The notes under the pieces were generated by a model, which saw only the letters and a list, made by a program, of their open reading frames with translations, made no database searches and had not been told where the DNA came from. Below are positions 12,965 to 25,915 of a stretch of 64,000 bases of DNA, piece by piece. The stretch is taken from positions 151,714,001 through 151,778,000 of the forward strand of contig OX597814.1 of NCBI GenBank assembly GCA_951406725.2, given 5' to 3'. How positions within the stretch are numbered: position 1 is the first letter of the stretch; every line of letters starts with the position of its first letter. Source of the DNA: Octopus vulgaris (lineage: Eukaryota). The translations under genes were made by a program, and so were the position numbers.

Positions 12965-15700
12965 TCCAAACGGGAAACAAAAAAAAACAACAACAATGGA
13001 ACAATTACAGTATTATTATTAATAGGCGCTCAGGAAATGGAAGCAGGGAGGTATGACGTTTCGAGCGGAGCTCTTCGTCGGAAACATAAAGAAGGAAGAG
13101 AGAGGAAAGAAAGATCCCAGAGCGGGCAACAGGGATAGAGAAAAAAACGACTGGTGTTTACGAGTTGCACATGGTGAAAGGCGGATGTTTACGATAACAA
13201 GAGCAAAGTAGGTTTTTAAAGGCAAAAGAGTGGAGACAAGGTTGGTAACGCAACAGATGTGTGTGTATGTGTGAGTGTGTGCGTGTGCGTGTGTGTATGT
13301 GTGTGTGTGAGGCGAGATAAAAAAACAAAAAATATATGTATGTGTTAGTGTGTGCGTCTGTGTGTAGGCGTGTGAGGTAGGGCGAGACAGTGGTCAGCTT
13401 AGCAGACAAGGTCAGTAGTAAGAAAAAGAAGGAAGGAGGAAGGGAGGGAGGGGAAGGGGTGGGGGCGTATGTAGCGTGCCAGCCCTTGTTGAGTAGTAGT
13501 GTGTGTGTGTGTCCAGTGTCGTGGTGGTATTAATGGCAAGTAGATTGAATGTGTGTAAGAGTAATGTATATATTTAAGCAATGTGTGTATATGTGTGCGC
13601 GTGTGTGTAACGAAAAAGGTGGAGGGTTAAGGAAAAAGGACTCCAGCTGAGGGGAAGATGGAAGAGTGGTCCCGCGGAGACGGGCGTGGGAAAACCCAAC
13701 GACACGCGACGGTCCCAGGAACGGGCGGGAGGTCTCGTCGGGTCCAAGAGCGAGGTGCATTCGGCGCGTATGCGTGCGCGAACCGGCGCAAGCGCGTGTG
13801 TGCGCGCGCCTGCGAGTATGCGCGTAAGTATGTATGTGTGTGGATGTGTGAGTGTGTCTGTGTGTATGTCTGGGTGGCAGTGTGTCCGATGAATGTATGT
13901 GAGTATGTGTGTATGTATGTGTGTGCATAGAAGTATGTCCGTGTGTGTGTGTGTGTGTGTATGTGTATGAGTGTGTATGTATGTACGTGTGGGTGTGGGG
14001 AAGTGTGTGTATGTGCATGTGTGTGCGCGTACATACAGGTGTGTGAGTGAGTGTGTGTGTGTGTATGTATGTGTGAGTGTGTATGTATGTGTGTGTAGGA
14101 TGCATGTATGTGTATGGGTGTATGTATGCGTGTGTGTATGTATGTATGTGTACGTGCGTGTGTGTATGCGTGTAGGTGTGCGCGTGTGCATGCATGCATG
14201 CATGTGCGTGTGTGTGTGTGTGTGCATGTGTGTGGGTATATATGTATGTGCGTATATGTGTGTGTATGTGCGTACATGTGTGTGTGTGTATGCATGTGTG
14301 TGTATGTAGGTGTGTAGGCGTGTGTGTATAGGTGTATGTATGTAAGTATGTATGGGTGTGTCCGTGTATGTGTGTGTATGTATGTGTGTATATGTAGGTG
14401 TGTGGGCGTGTGTATATGTGTGTGTATGTAGGTGTGTGGGCGTGTGTATATAGGTGTATGTGTGTATGCCTGGGTGTGTCCGTGCATGTGTGTGTGTGTG
14501 TGTGTATGCATGTGTATGTAGGTGTGTGTGTACGTGTGTAATGTATGTGTGTATGCGTGTGTATGCGTGCGTGTGTGTATGTAGGTGCGTGTGTATGTGT
14601 GTGGGAGTGTAGGTGTGTGTGTGTGCGTGTGCGTGTTTATGTTGGTGTGTGCGTATGTGAGTGTGAGTGTATGGGTGTTTGTCATGCATGTGTGTGCGCG
14701 TGCAGGTGAGTGTGTGTGTAAGTATGTGTGTGTGTATGTTTGTGTGAGTGTGTATGTGTGTATGTCTGTGTGTATGTATGTGCGTATAGGAGTATGTAGG
14801 TATGTGTGTGTGTATGTATATGGGTGTATGTATGTATGTGTGTGTGTGTGCATGTGTATAAGTATATGTGTGTGTGCGTATGTGTGTGTATGTGTATGTG
14901 TGTGTGTTTATGTATGTGTGTATGTATGTATGTAGGCGTGTGTGTGTAGATGTATGTATGTATGGGTGTGTGTCTGTGTGTGTTTGTGTGTGTGTGTAGG
15001 TAGATGTGTGTGTCTGAGTGAGGGTATGGCTGTGTAGGTGTGTGTGTGTATGAATGTAAGTGTGTGTGTATACAAGTGTAATGTATGTATGTAGGTGTGT
15101 GTGTGTGTGTGTATGTGTACGTGTGCGTGTGTATGTGTGTGTGTATGCGTGTGAGTGTGAGTGTATGGGTGTATGTCTGTGTGTGTGTATGTCTGAAGTA
15201 GGTATGTGTGTGTATGTATGTATGTGTGTGTGTGTGCAGGTATGTGTGTGTGTGTATGTGTGTGTGTGAGTGGGTGTGCGTGTATGTATGTGGGTAGGGA
15301 TGCATGCGAGTGTGTGGGCATGTATGCATACATACGCATGCGCACATCCGAAGCAAGCCCACACACACGAAGCGCGCTCACGCACACAACGCACAAGCAG
15401 TACAACGCAAGCCCAAGGGGCCGACCAAGCCCCCAGCGCGCGCCAAGGCGCGCGAGCGCAAAGGCCCTCGAACGCCCCGCTACGCGGGAACCGAGGATCC
15501 ATCAGCCAAAACCGGAAAGCAGAAAGAGGGGGGGCTGCCTGGATGCAAAAAGGTGTATGTGTGTGTGCATTCAGTGTAAGGGTGTGCATGTGTGGGTATG
15601 TATGTATGTATGTGCCTACATGTATGTGTGCATGTGTGTGTGTGTGAAGTATGTACGTGCGGTGTGTGTGTGTGTGAGTGTGTGTGTATGTATGTGCGTA

Positions 15701-15743
<43 letters not shown>

Positions 15744-17072
15744 GTGTGCGTATGTATGTATGTGTGTGTGTATGTGCATGTTGGTTTGTATGTTAGTGTG
15801 TGCTAGTATGTCTGTAAGTGTGTGTGATTAAATGTGTGAATGTATGTACGTAGATGGGTCTACGTATGTGTGTGTGTGCACAGGCGTGTGGGAGGTAGGT
15901 GGGTGTGTGTGTGTGGGAGGTAGGTGGGTGGGTGTGTGCGTGTGGGAGGTAGGTGGGTGGGGGTGTGGGGGTGGTGTGAAAAAAAACAAAAAAAAAAACA
16001 AAAAAAAACGGATCTCTGGAGGAGGGGGCTGTGTTAAGTCCGTGTGGGGTGGTAGTTTGTAGGGTGAAGATGTAGCGTTGCTCCAAGTGGAGCCTGGAAA
16101 GTGGGCGACCATTGTGGGGGCGAGACCAAACACTGAGATGTCATCTAGGGAATGGCCGGCCGAGCGGAAGTGGCGTGCGACGGGAGAAAAAGAGTGTAGG
16201 CGAACGTCCCTCAAGTGTTCAGTGAAACGGTCGGACAACCGGCGTCCCGTCTGTCCTACATATAGCATCCCGCATAGGTTGCATTTAATGCAGTAAATAA
16301 GGCCAGACGAGGTGCACGTAAAAGAGTGCCTAATGCGTACAGTATGCAGGTTGGAGCCGGTGACAGCGGTGGTGTTGGTGATGAAGGGGCAAGTGTTGCA
16401 GCGGGATCTAGAGCAAGGGAATGATCCGTGTGGGGCTGAGGGGGAAGGAGAGAGGGTGCTGTGGACCAGGAGGTCACGCAGATTGCGGGCTCGTTTGAAA
16501 GAGGACAGGGGTGGGTTAGGGAAAATGGGGCGGGTGGTGGGATCAAGCTGGAGGCGATGGAAGGCACGTAGTATCTTGCGACGAAGGGGTAGGGTAGAGG
16601 GGTGGAAAAGGAGGGGGAAGGGGTGCGGTTGGGGGGTGGGCGAGGGGAAGGAGACAGGGCGGTAGTGCGGTCGATGCGACGGGCGCGGGTGAGGGCATCA
16701 GAGAGGAGTATGGGTGGGTAACCTCGGAGTCTGAACATGCGGGACAGGTATTGAGATTGGGTCTCGAAATCCTGGTCGCGGCTGCACAAACGGCGGAGGC
16801 GGAGGAACTGGGAGTAGGGGATGGCTCGTTTGGTGTGGAAGGGGTGGGAGGAAGAGAAGTTGAGATAGAGGTGGGAATCCGTAGGTTTAAAGAAGGCGGT
16901 GGTGGTGAGAGAGCTGGAGGGGTGATCGATGCGGAGAGAGATGTCAAGGAAGTTGACAGAGGTGTTGGAGATGTTGGAGGTGAATTGAAGAGAGGGGTGA
17001 AAGTTGGAAAGGAAAGAGATGAATTGTCAGAGAAGTTCACGGGAAAGGGAGGTGGCACCTACGCAGTCGTCG
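12965..17072 (-). mobile_element. 5'-truncated Penelope-like element (probably Neptune type) with a long CA-rich simple-repeat 3' region
   Basis: RT C-terminus (IPYSQFLRLRRLCSRDQDF...RGYP) and GIY-YIG endonuclease (GLIYCIKCNLCGMLYVGQTGRRLSDRFTEHL) at ~16060-17060, frameshifted. About 2.7 kb of (CA/TACA)n follows, with a hammerhead-like motif near the end. Confidence 0.8.
13055..13081 (-). ncRNA. PLE-type hammerhead-like motif (variant core)
   Basis: Minus strand reads CCGACGA-A-GAGC-TCC-GCTC-GAAAC-GTC, with U4C and an extra A before stem II. Stem I is not evident. Confidence 0.45.
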
Positions 17073-17338
17073 ATATATATATATATATATATATATATTC
17101 AAATAGATAACAATAAAATCAATTCGAATTAAAATTAATCGATTTAAAATTAATTCTATTTAAAAATATAGTCACTCATCAGGCCTAAAATAGCAACAAC
17201 AACAACAACAACAACAATAACAACAATAATAATAATAATAATAATAATAGAATAAATGTACTTAAGTTATACTAATTATCAAATTAATATAGAAAAATAC
17301 GTGTGTTAACTATAAATAATCGAAAAACATTGAATTGA

Positions 17339-17396
<58 letters not shown>

Positions 17397-17454
17397 TATA
17401 TATGTATATATACATACATATATGTATATACATATGTGTGTGTGTGCGTATTAT

Positions 17455-17760
17455 AGCTTCGAGCCGACCAAAGCCTTGTGAGTGGATGTGGTAGACGGAA
17501 ACTGAAAGAAGCCCGTCGTATATATGTAAATGTATATTTATGTGTGTGTATATGTTTGTGTCTGTGTTTGTTCTCCCTCCCACCAACATCGCTTGAGAAC
17601 CGATGCTGGTGTGTTTACGTCCCCGTAACTTAGCGGTTCGGCAAAAGAGACCGATAGAATAAGTACCAGGCTTACAAAGAATATGTCCTGGGGTTGATTT
17701 GCTCGACTAAAAGCGGTGCTCCAGCAAGGCCACAGTCGCATGACTGAAACAAGTAAAAGA
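17455..17760 (+). mobile_element. Second octopus-type SINE family, body and 3' part
   Basis: CCGACCAAAGCCTTGTGAGTGGAT...TTTACGTCCCCGTAACTTAGCGGTTCGGCAAAAGAGACCGATAG...CTCCAGCA..GGCC. Related pieces at 805-950, 3370-3620, 43170-43295 and 46360-46550. Confidence 0.75.
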
Positions 17761-17820
17761 GTATATATATGTATATATACATACATATATGTATGTATGC
17801 ATACATACTTACATACATAC

Positions 17821-17858
<38 letters not shown>

Positions 17859-17965
17859 TTCTATTATGAAATTATGCATCTCCTGTTCTGTTCTTTCGAA
17901 AGTATGAATCCATAAAAATTATAAACATATTGTTTTACAGTAAGTTATTTTCCTCTGAAAAACTA

Positions 17966-19809
17966 CAGTGTCTTGCAAAAGTGTACACCCACCTTGGAAA
18001 CTGGATGTATTTTGTTTATTTTGATATTAATATTTTAAACTCCAATAATTTGTTTTAATAACCAGTTATGTTACACTTTTATTTAATACACAAAATACAT
18101 TTGAAAAATTTAAAACTGATTCTTAACTCTTTAGTGTTTGCATTATTTTGCCAAAATTAATGCCTCTTCATCCACATTGTTTTGAACTAATCATGCTTTA
18201 TCTTGTAGCTATGAGTCTTTGATGAGGTAGCTGTTAATTTTTAAAACGATATTGTAGGGTTGGTGTGAGAGACCAGATCTGGCCAGTTTGAACATAAAAC
18301 AGGCAGAATACTTTTGGCCGGATATGGCTTGTTTAAATGCTAAAGGGTTAAACAAAGATAATTTTGAAAAATTTCTTTTCAAAAGTCTACACTCCCTTTG
18401 GAATGTTTTCAGCTAAGACTTTGTGGATGATCCTGCTGCGTCAGTTACAGCCTGTAGACGCCTCGAGTAGCCTTCCAGGAGCTTGCTGCAGTGGTCTGCT
18501 GTCAGTTTTCGCCATTCTTCATGGCAGAACTTCTCGAGCTGTGTCAGATTGGATAGGGAACGTCGGTGCACAGCCAGCTTTAGATTTCGCTATAGATTTT
18601 CTATAGGATTGAGGTCAGTGATTTTCTTGCTAGCAAACCAAGCTTCAGTGCTTTTTGACACATGCTTGAGGTCGTTATCTTGTTGAAACTTGAAATTGCG
18701 ACCCAAGCGCAGAGCTCTAGCAGACTTCAGCAGGTTTGCCTCCAATATTTCTTGGTACTTGACACTGTCCATGATACCTTGGATGGTTACCAACTCTCCA
18801 GGCCCTGCAGCTGAAAAGCAGCTTCAAAGCATGATCGAGCCACCGCCGTCTTTAAACTGGGGGCGGTGTAACGAGGTTGGTGAGCAGTGCCTTTTTTCCG
18901 CCAAATAACTCGACTTTGGTCTTATCTGACCACAAAATCTTTCGCCACACGGTCATGGAATCATTAATGTGACTTTTGGCAAAGTTTAGCCTAGCTTGCT
19001 TGTGTATAGGCTTCAGAAGGGGCTTTTTTCTAGCTACCCTCCCTTGCAGGCCAGACCAGTGCAATACTCTGGAAATTGCAGATGCATGGACATCTGTCCC
19101 AGTACTGGAAACTGAAGCTTTCAAGTCTTCCAGTGTTGCACTAGGGTTGGAGTTTGCCTCCCGGACCAGTTTTGACTTTGCTTTTCTGGTAAGTTTGCTC
19201 GGTCCCCCAGATCTTGGTAGGGTAGCAGTGGTTTTGTGCACTAACCACTTCTTAACTACAGTTTTAACAGTGCTTATGGGCAATTCTAAAGGTTTTGCAA
19301 TCTTTTTATAGCCATTATTTTCATTGTACTTTTGAATAATAAGGTTTTTAAGTTCCTGAGACAGAGGCTTGCCCATTTTCTTTCCCGAGTTGGAAACCTT
19401 GTGTTTACAGTCAGATTCCAAAGACCAACATACCCAAAAACCATGTGGTGAATGATTTTGTAGGCAGTTAAATCACCTTATATAGCAAAATAACAGACAG
19501 GCCAAGTTTGTTTGTTATGGTAGAACGCACATGTCACTTTTGATTGTTTTGGATTGTATACAAACTATCTGATAACACAGTATAATATCTGGTGGTGGGG
19601 TGTAGACTTTTGCAAAGACATTTTTCTAAGTTAAATGATTTTAAGAATCAGTATGAAATTTTTAAAAGGTAATTTTTATATCAAAGGAAAGTGTGATGGA
19701 TCTGCTTGTTATTTAACAATCATTGGAATTGAAAAAATGTGTTGTTCCTTGTTAAATTATACAAAATATATAAATCTTCAAAGGGGATGTAGACTTTTTC
19801 AAGCCACTG
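17966..19809 (-). mobile_element. Tc1-family DNA transposon (IR/DR type), inactive
   Basis: TA-CAGTGTCTTGCAAAAGTGTACAC at the left end and GTAGACTTTTTCAAGCCACTG-TA at the right. Inner repeats at ~18372-18400 and ~19595-19620. Transposase starts at ATG 19376 with WSD, FQQDND and DLNPIENL motifs, frameshifted and internally deleted. Confidence 0.9.
18127..18347. mobile_element. piggyBac-type MITE nested in the Tc1 element
   Basis: TTAA on both sides (18123-18126, 18348-18351). Termini CTCTTTAGTGTTT and AAATGCTAAAGGG. Confidence 0.65.
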
Positions 19810-20495
19810 TAAGTAACATTTTGATCATTTATTTATATTTATTTGTTTATTTTTTTATGTAAACATTAGTATAGGTAGTAGATAACCGTAATTTTTATAA
19901 AATTGTTTAAAATAAACGAACTTTTGAATAAATAGTTAAGGGACTTTTTGAATGACTTTAGTAAATTTCTATTATAATAATACAATATTTTGATACCATA
20001 TATTTATGGTTATATTTATTTTATCGAAAGTTATTTTCTTAATGAAACTACGTAAATTTTAATTTTTAATTGCATTTTTACTATGGGTGGTTGTAAATAA
20101 TGAATACAGTGTAATTTATAATATGTAAATTATGATACTATGTATTGGCCTTGTGAGGATAAAGTATTAAAAAAATTTTTTTTTTGCTCTTTAGCCATGA
20201 TTAATAGTTTTTGTTTTATAATACTAGTGAGAATAAGGATTTTTCTGAATAAATCGTTTGAATAACATGTATTTTTCCTAATAGTATGGAAGAATAAAAG
20301 GAATTAATTAATAAGGGTGAGAGAATTAGATACTAATTTAATAGTAAATGCTGTATTTGTTTTCCGTGAGAGTTTGGCGCGCTGTTGGTTGGGGCATTTG
20401 AATTATAACGTCCGATGTAATCAATTGAACCGCACGCGTATTTATCGTTATGGTAAAATCTGGCGTGTGATTGAGTGGATTTCATCCAGATAGTC

Positions 20496-20571
20496 TTGGC
20501 TGAAGAGCTACAAATGGATTACTGTAAGTAATATTACATTTAATTCATTAATAGCGAAACAATTGTCCCAA
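20496..20571 (+). ncRNA. Type-I hammerhead ribozyme, unit 1
   Basis: Stem I TTGG/CCAA, core CTGAAGA, extended stem II GCTA..AATGGATTA..TGTAA/TTACA..TAATTCATT..TAGC, then GAAA-C-AATT-GTC with a palindromic stem III. Confidence 0.85.
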
Positions 20572-21029
20572 AATAATCTGTATTTTTGTTATTTTTTATT
20601 TGCCCTGTCCGTGTGAGCTAACAGTCGTACCGGCTTTCATGGGAAACATGTATTTTTCGTGGTTGAAACCTCTTGGATTAACTGGTGCTAGAGTGATCAA
20701 TATAGTGAACACTCTCTTATATTTATTTTGTGAAAATATTATAATATGTTATAAAATATTATAATAATCCAGGTTTCTCGTAGCACTAGGCCACTTGGTG
20801 TGGAATAAATATACTATTAAATTAGTATCTAATTCTCTCACCCTTATTAATTAATTATAATTATGCTGCATTTATTTCTAAATGCTGTATTTGTTTTCCG
20901 TGAGAGTTTGGCGCGCTGTTGGTTGGGGCATTTGAATTATAACGTCCGATGTAATCAATTGAACCGCACGCGTATTTATCGTTATGGTAAAATCTGGCGT
21001 GTGATTGAGTGGATTTCATCCAGATAGTC

Positions 21030-21105
21030 TTGGCTGAAGAGCTACAAATGGATTACTGTAAGTAATATTACATTTAATTCATTAATAGCGAAACAATTGT
21101 CCCAA
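21030..21105 (+). ncRNA. Type-I hammerhead ribozyme, unit 2
   Basis: Same sequence as 20496-20571, offset +534. Confidence 0.85.
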
Positions 21106-21563
21106 AATAATCTGTATTTTTGTTATTTTTTATTTGCCCTGTCCGTGTGAGCTAACAGTCGTACCGGCTTTCATGGGAAACATGTATTTTTCGTGGTTGA
21201 AACCTCTTGGATTAACTGGTGCTAGAGTGATCAATATAGTGAACACTCTCTTATATTTATTTTGTGAAAATATTATAATATGTTATAAAATATTATAATA
21301 ATCCAGGTTTCTCGTAGCACTAGGCCACTTGGTGTGGAATAAATATACTATTAAATTAGTATCTAATTCTCTCACCCTTATTAATTAATTATAATTATGC
21401 TGCATTTATTTCTAAATGCTGTATTTGTTTTCCGTGAGAGTTTGGCGCGCTGTTGGTTGGGGCATTTGAATTATAACGTCCGATGTAATCAATTGAACCG
21501 CACGCGTATTTATCGTTATGGTAAAATCTGGCGTGTGATTGAGTGGATTTCATCCAGATAGTC

Positions 21564-21639
21564 TTGGCTGAAGAGCTACAAATGGATTACTGTAAGTAAT
21601 ATTACATTTAATTCATTAATAGCGAAACAATTGTCCCAA
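21564..21639 (+). ncRNA. Type-I hammerhead ribozyme, unit 3
   Basis: Same sequence as 20496-20571, offset +1068. Confidence 0.85.
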
Positions 21640-21798
21640 AATAATCTGTATTTTTGTTATTTTTTATTTGCCCTGTCCGTGTGAGCTAACAGTCGTACCG
21701 GCTTTCATGGGAAACATGTATTTTTCGTGGTTGAAACCTCTTGGATTAACTGGTGCTAGAGTGATCAATATAGTGAACACTCTCTTATATTTATTTTG

Positions 21799-23510
21799 GG
21801 AAGAATAAAAGGAGATACTTCCTATTTCTTTGAAATGTCCCCAGATGTCTGTGTGAGCACGGAGGATCTACTCAGTAGAATCAGTAGTTACAACCACTTT
21901 AACGACCTCACAGTTTGTGTAGTAGGTAGTATGGTTGTAATCTCACTCTACCCATCTATAGACATAAATTTTTGTTGTAGAAAAATGCCTTGAGATTATC
22001 TGTGAGAGTGAAGTAGAGTTCCGTGAGGAACTGAGCCTCCTCAAACTAAGCTATGACAGTAACTATCTAGACAACCATGACTTTGGTAGATTCTGCCCTA
22101 GGAGGTCACAAAGGGAAAGACCACCTCAGCAGTGAAGAAAAGCACCGCATAGCGCTGGAGTGGTTGGACTAATCCCACCCAAGACCCTGAGAACAACAAT
22201 CAGATGATAAGAATGATTGCATAATACAACAGGGGTTAGCATAAGAATCATCTTGAAGAACCACATAATAACGTTTAACAGAAAACTATACACGCAGGTT
22301 CAAGGGCAGCCATTGGTGTCGGTATAGCTGAGGATGAGGCCGGCCTCTACATGACCTGGTGGGACAGAAAACTTAAACAATCCTTAACAGAACAATCCAC
22401 AACTCTTTTACTTTACTGTAAGTATGTAGACGACATTAAAATTCTAGTTAAGACCAACTCTAGTAACGGTAATGTAGAAACTGAAAGGAACATAATGGAG
22501 AGAATCCAGCATGTAGCTAACTCCATCCACCAAAGAATCAAGGTAACTATAGATTACCCCACTAGGCACTCTGACAATAAACTCCCGGTCTTTGGTTCTG
22601 AACTTTGGTTAGAGATGTGAACAACGGAGTGTAGCTCCTCCACTGCTATTACATGGAACCCATAGCTTCGAAATATGTTGTTCACAAGAACTCAGCTTTG
22701 TCACGCAACATGAAAATCAGCATAATAGTAACAGACTTAGTTAGGATAATGTGTCCCCTCTATGCAGACCCTATGAAGCAAAGAAATATGTACAGAACTT
22801 CATGCACCGCATGCAATTCTCTGAATATGATCAGAAAGACAGGGTTCGGGTATACAGGGGTGCTAGAAAGAAGTTTGATAACATTCTATGTAATTAAACC
22901 AGTGGTGCTTGCCCTAGATATAGAAATAAAGACTGGAATAAAATACAAAGAGTTTATGACAAAGCAAACACGTGGTACAAGACCGACAAATATCAAGGAA
23001 CGATGTTTGTAGAGGCCACAGTTCATGGAAAACTAGCCCGTAGATTTAGGAAAGCTCTGAAGGAGACCAAACTTAACATTAAGATCGTTGAAAAACCAGA
23101 GAGCTCCATCAGATCACAACTATGTAGGACTTACACCTTTGAGAATACCACATGCACTAATGATAACTGCATGGTGTGTAGGATTAACCCTGGCATTAAT
23201 TGTAGAACTAGAAATGTAGTCTACAGCATAAGGCGCATAGAAGGTGCTTGTAAAGACAAAAACATGATATACATAGGCAAGGTAGCGAGGAGCATTGCGG
23301 AAAGACTAAATGAACATTTGAGACAATATGATGACAAAAAACAGTCCTCCATGCTCTACCAACATGCCAAAGACCATCATGGAGGCAACCTGGATCAACT
23401 TGACATCCGCATTTTATCCAAGCACCCGAAGGACACAACACTCAGACAAATACAGGTGTACGTCCTCATAAATGTAACATCCCCAGTAGCAAATAGGAAA
23501 TATACGTAGT
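21799..23510 (+). mobile_element. Degenerate Penelope-like element (RT + GIY-YIG)
   Basis: SMVVISLYPSID and YCKYVDDI (RT), CRTRNVVYSI...IYIGKVARSIAERLNEH (GIY-YIG). Many stops and frameshifts. Confidence 0.85.
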
Positions 23511-23604
23511 AGGTAGTTATACCCCTATACCCACACTTTATATAAATATATACTGAATAGTTAGCGGGCTGTGTGCATGTGTGTGTATATATGCGTATAT
23601 ATGC

Positions 23605-23650
<46 letters not shown>

Positions 23651-23739
23651 TATGTATGTATATATATGCGTGTGTATATATATATATATATATATACACA
23701 CGTGTATATATACATATTAGAGGGAAACCACTATGTGAG

Positions 23740-25260
23740 TACCCTTATGTTAGAAGTATGGACCGCATAGCGCAATTTTCTACCGCTATTGGAATGAAAT
23801 TTGTGAGTTCAAATGTGTTTATTTGACAATAAGACGCAGAACAATTGTGTCCTTCTCTGAAAACCTAAAAGTGAACGGCTTGACAATAAAACCTCTATAG
23901 TCATGTGTCAATTATATGTATCTTGATCAAGATGAGAATGTCAGACATAATGGACCCATAAATAAGGGTCAAAAAGCATATTGTCAACGGTTGTAAGGAG
24001 AAAGTATCAAGGACACACAAGAACTGCTCCAAGAGTTATCAAATGCAACTACTCTCCTCATACCACCAAAATAGCCTCAACATTTTTGCTAAGCTACCGC
24101 CCAATTGCCTGACAGAACATCATTGACAAATTATACACTGGGTGCTAGTGTATCCTTGCAGGATCATTTTACCAACAACAACATTATAACGCCTGAGAAT
24201 GCTAGAAGAAAGAAGGTGTGTGGATGTATACAGCAGCAATTAATTAACAAAATGCTCCATGGAAAAAAAAACAATAAAAATCGCAGGAACTTAACTGTGG
24301 TGTGCCTAAACTACCAGAAACTTTTGATAGTATAGCACATGGAAGGATTATCGAGGCTTTACAGTTAGCCAACGTTTCACAGCCACTAGTGAGTGCTATT
24401 GAACGTCAGGCCAAAACTTCGTACATCACTTTGCTCCTTAGGAGTAATAAGGAACAAATCGAGTCGGACTATCGGGTTGATAGACAGTCGCGGTAGCTCT
24501 TGGTCCTTTCATTAAACTCTCTATCATACCTGCTCACAAAACACTGACTATGGAAATTGATCAAAAAGTATCTCCTATCCTTTCTTTGTTAACGAGCTGA
24601 AGCTATAAGGGACAAATAGTAACCATATAAAAAACAACTGTACCGCATAGCACAATTTTCTTCCGATATTGGAATGAAATGTGTGAGTTCAAATGTGTTT
24701 ATTTGACTATAAGACGTGGAACAATTGTGTCCTCCTCTGAAAGCCTAATAGTGAACGGCTTGACAATAAAACCTCTATAGTCATGTGACAATTATATGTA
24801 TCTTGATCAAGATGAGAATGTCAGACATAATGGACCCATAAGAATATTGCCAACACCTTTATAATGCCTATTTTCACGCCTATGTCTGGTCTTCTGAACT
24901 GGTCAGCAGAAGCACCCAATGAGATAGATGTACGAACTTCTACTAAATGGAGATGAAGATAGGCTATGCTTCCCATGCAAGGATGGTAGCGGTGTCTCAA
25001 ATCTGTACTAATGTCATATGAAGCACGTATTTTGACACTGAAACAACTTCATCAGATGAAGAAGGCCAGTAACTATCTTTCCCAAGTTTGTGACTGCGAA
25101 ACCCAAAACGTTAGACTAGCTAATGAATTTGAGTTATGAAATAACAACTGATACATGTCTCTCCCAAGGCGCATAGGTAAAATCTATTTATCAGAACAGA
25201 ATAAAAATGAGGACCAGTTCAATAAGAAGATAGCACATGAGTACTTGCCATGAAAAGTAC
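23740..25260 (+). mobile_element. Highly decayed Dong/R4-like LINE fragments with an internal duplication
   Basis: NYQKLFDSIAH-like and FVNELKL-like RT remnants. 23760-23960 is repeated at 24640-24840. Confidence 0.6.
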
Positions 25261-25269
25261 AGCCATAGA

Positions 25270-25309
25270 AAGTAAGCAAGTAAGTAAGTAAGCAAGTAAG
25301 TAAGCAAGC

Positions 25310-25340
<31 letters not shown>

Positions 25341-25530
25341 CAAGTAAGTAAGCAAGCACGCAAGCAAGCAAGCACGCAAGTAAGTAAGTAAGCACGCAAG
25401 CAAGTAAGCAAGCAAGCAAGCAAGCAAGTAAGCAAGCAAGTAAGTAAGCAAGCAAGTAAGCAAGCAAGCAAGTAAGCAAGTAAGCAAGCAAGCAAGCAAG
25501 TAAGCAAGAAAGCAAGTAAGCAAGCAAGTA

Positions 25531-25564
<34 letters not shown>

Positions 25565-25785
25565 GAAGCAAGCAAGTAAGTAAGTAAGTAAGCAAGCAAG
25601 CAAGCAAGTAAGTAAGTAAGTAAGCAAGCAAGTAAGTAAGTATATAAGTAAGTAAGAAAATAAGTAAGTAAGTATGCAAGCAAGCAAGTAAGTAAGTAAG
25701 CAAGCAAGGAAGCAAGCAAGCAAGCAAGTAAGTAAGCAAGCAAGTAAGCAAGCAAGCAAGTAAGCAAGTAAGTAAGTAAGTAAGC

Positions 25786-25816
<31 letters not shown>

Positions 25817-25915
25817 CAAGTTAGTAAGTAAGCAAGTTAGTAAGTAAGCAAGTAAGTAAGCAAGTTAGTAAGTAAGCAAGTAAGTAAGTAAGTAAGCAAG
25901 TTAGTAAGTAAGTAA
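25270..25915. repeat. Compound (AAGT/AAGC)n microsatellite
   Basis: About 650 bp of mixed tetramers seen directly. Confidence 0.95.

Larger units (their letters stand above)
20303..21798 (+). mobile_element. Multimeric hammerhead retroelement (retrozyme-like): 2.7 x 534-bp units with 5' inversion and 15-bp TSD
   Basis: Units start at 20346, 20880 and 21414 and look identical by eye. 20302-20346 is the reverse complement of 20812-20856. GGAAGAATAAAAGGA occurs at 20288-20302 and 21799-21813. Confidence 0.9.

Noticed and set aside
13530-15831. ORFs up to 671 aa rich in H/T/Y or V/C/M
   Set aside because: Stop-free reading of degenerate CA/TG repeats.
17100-17190. Minus-strand CTGATGA between TA tracts
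   Set aside because: No convincing stem II, GAAA or stem I partner.
19985-20060. TTGATAC...GAAACTACGTA hammerhead-like string
   Set aside because: Core and stem II do not fit, and the region is extremely AT-rich.
25184-25819. Three overlapping Leu-rich ORFs that look like membrane proteins
   Set aside because: Artefact of the AAGT/AAGC microsatellite.
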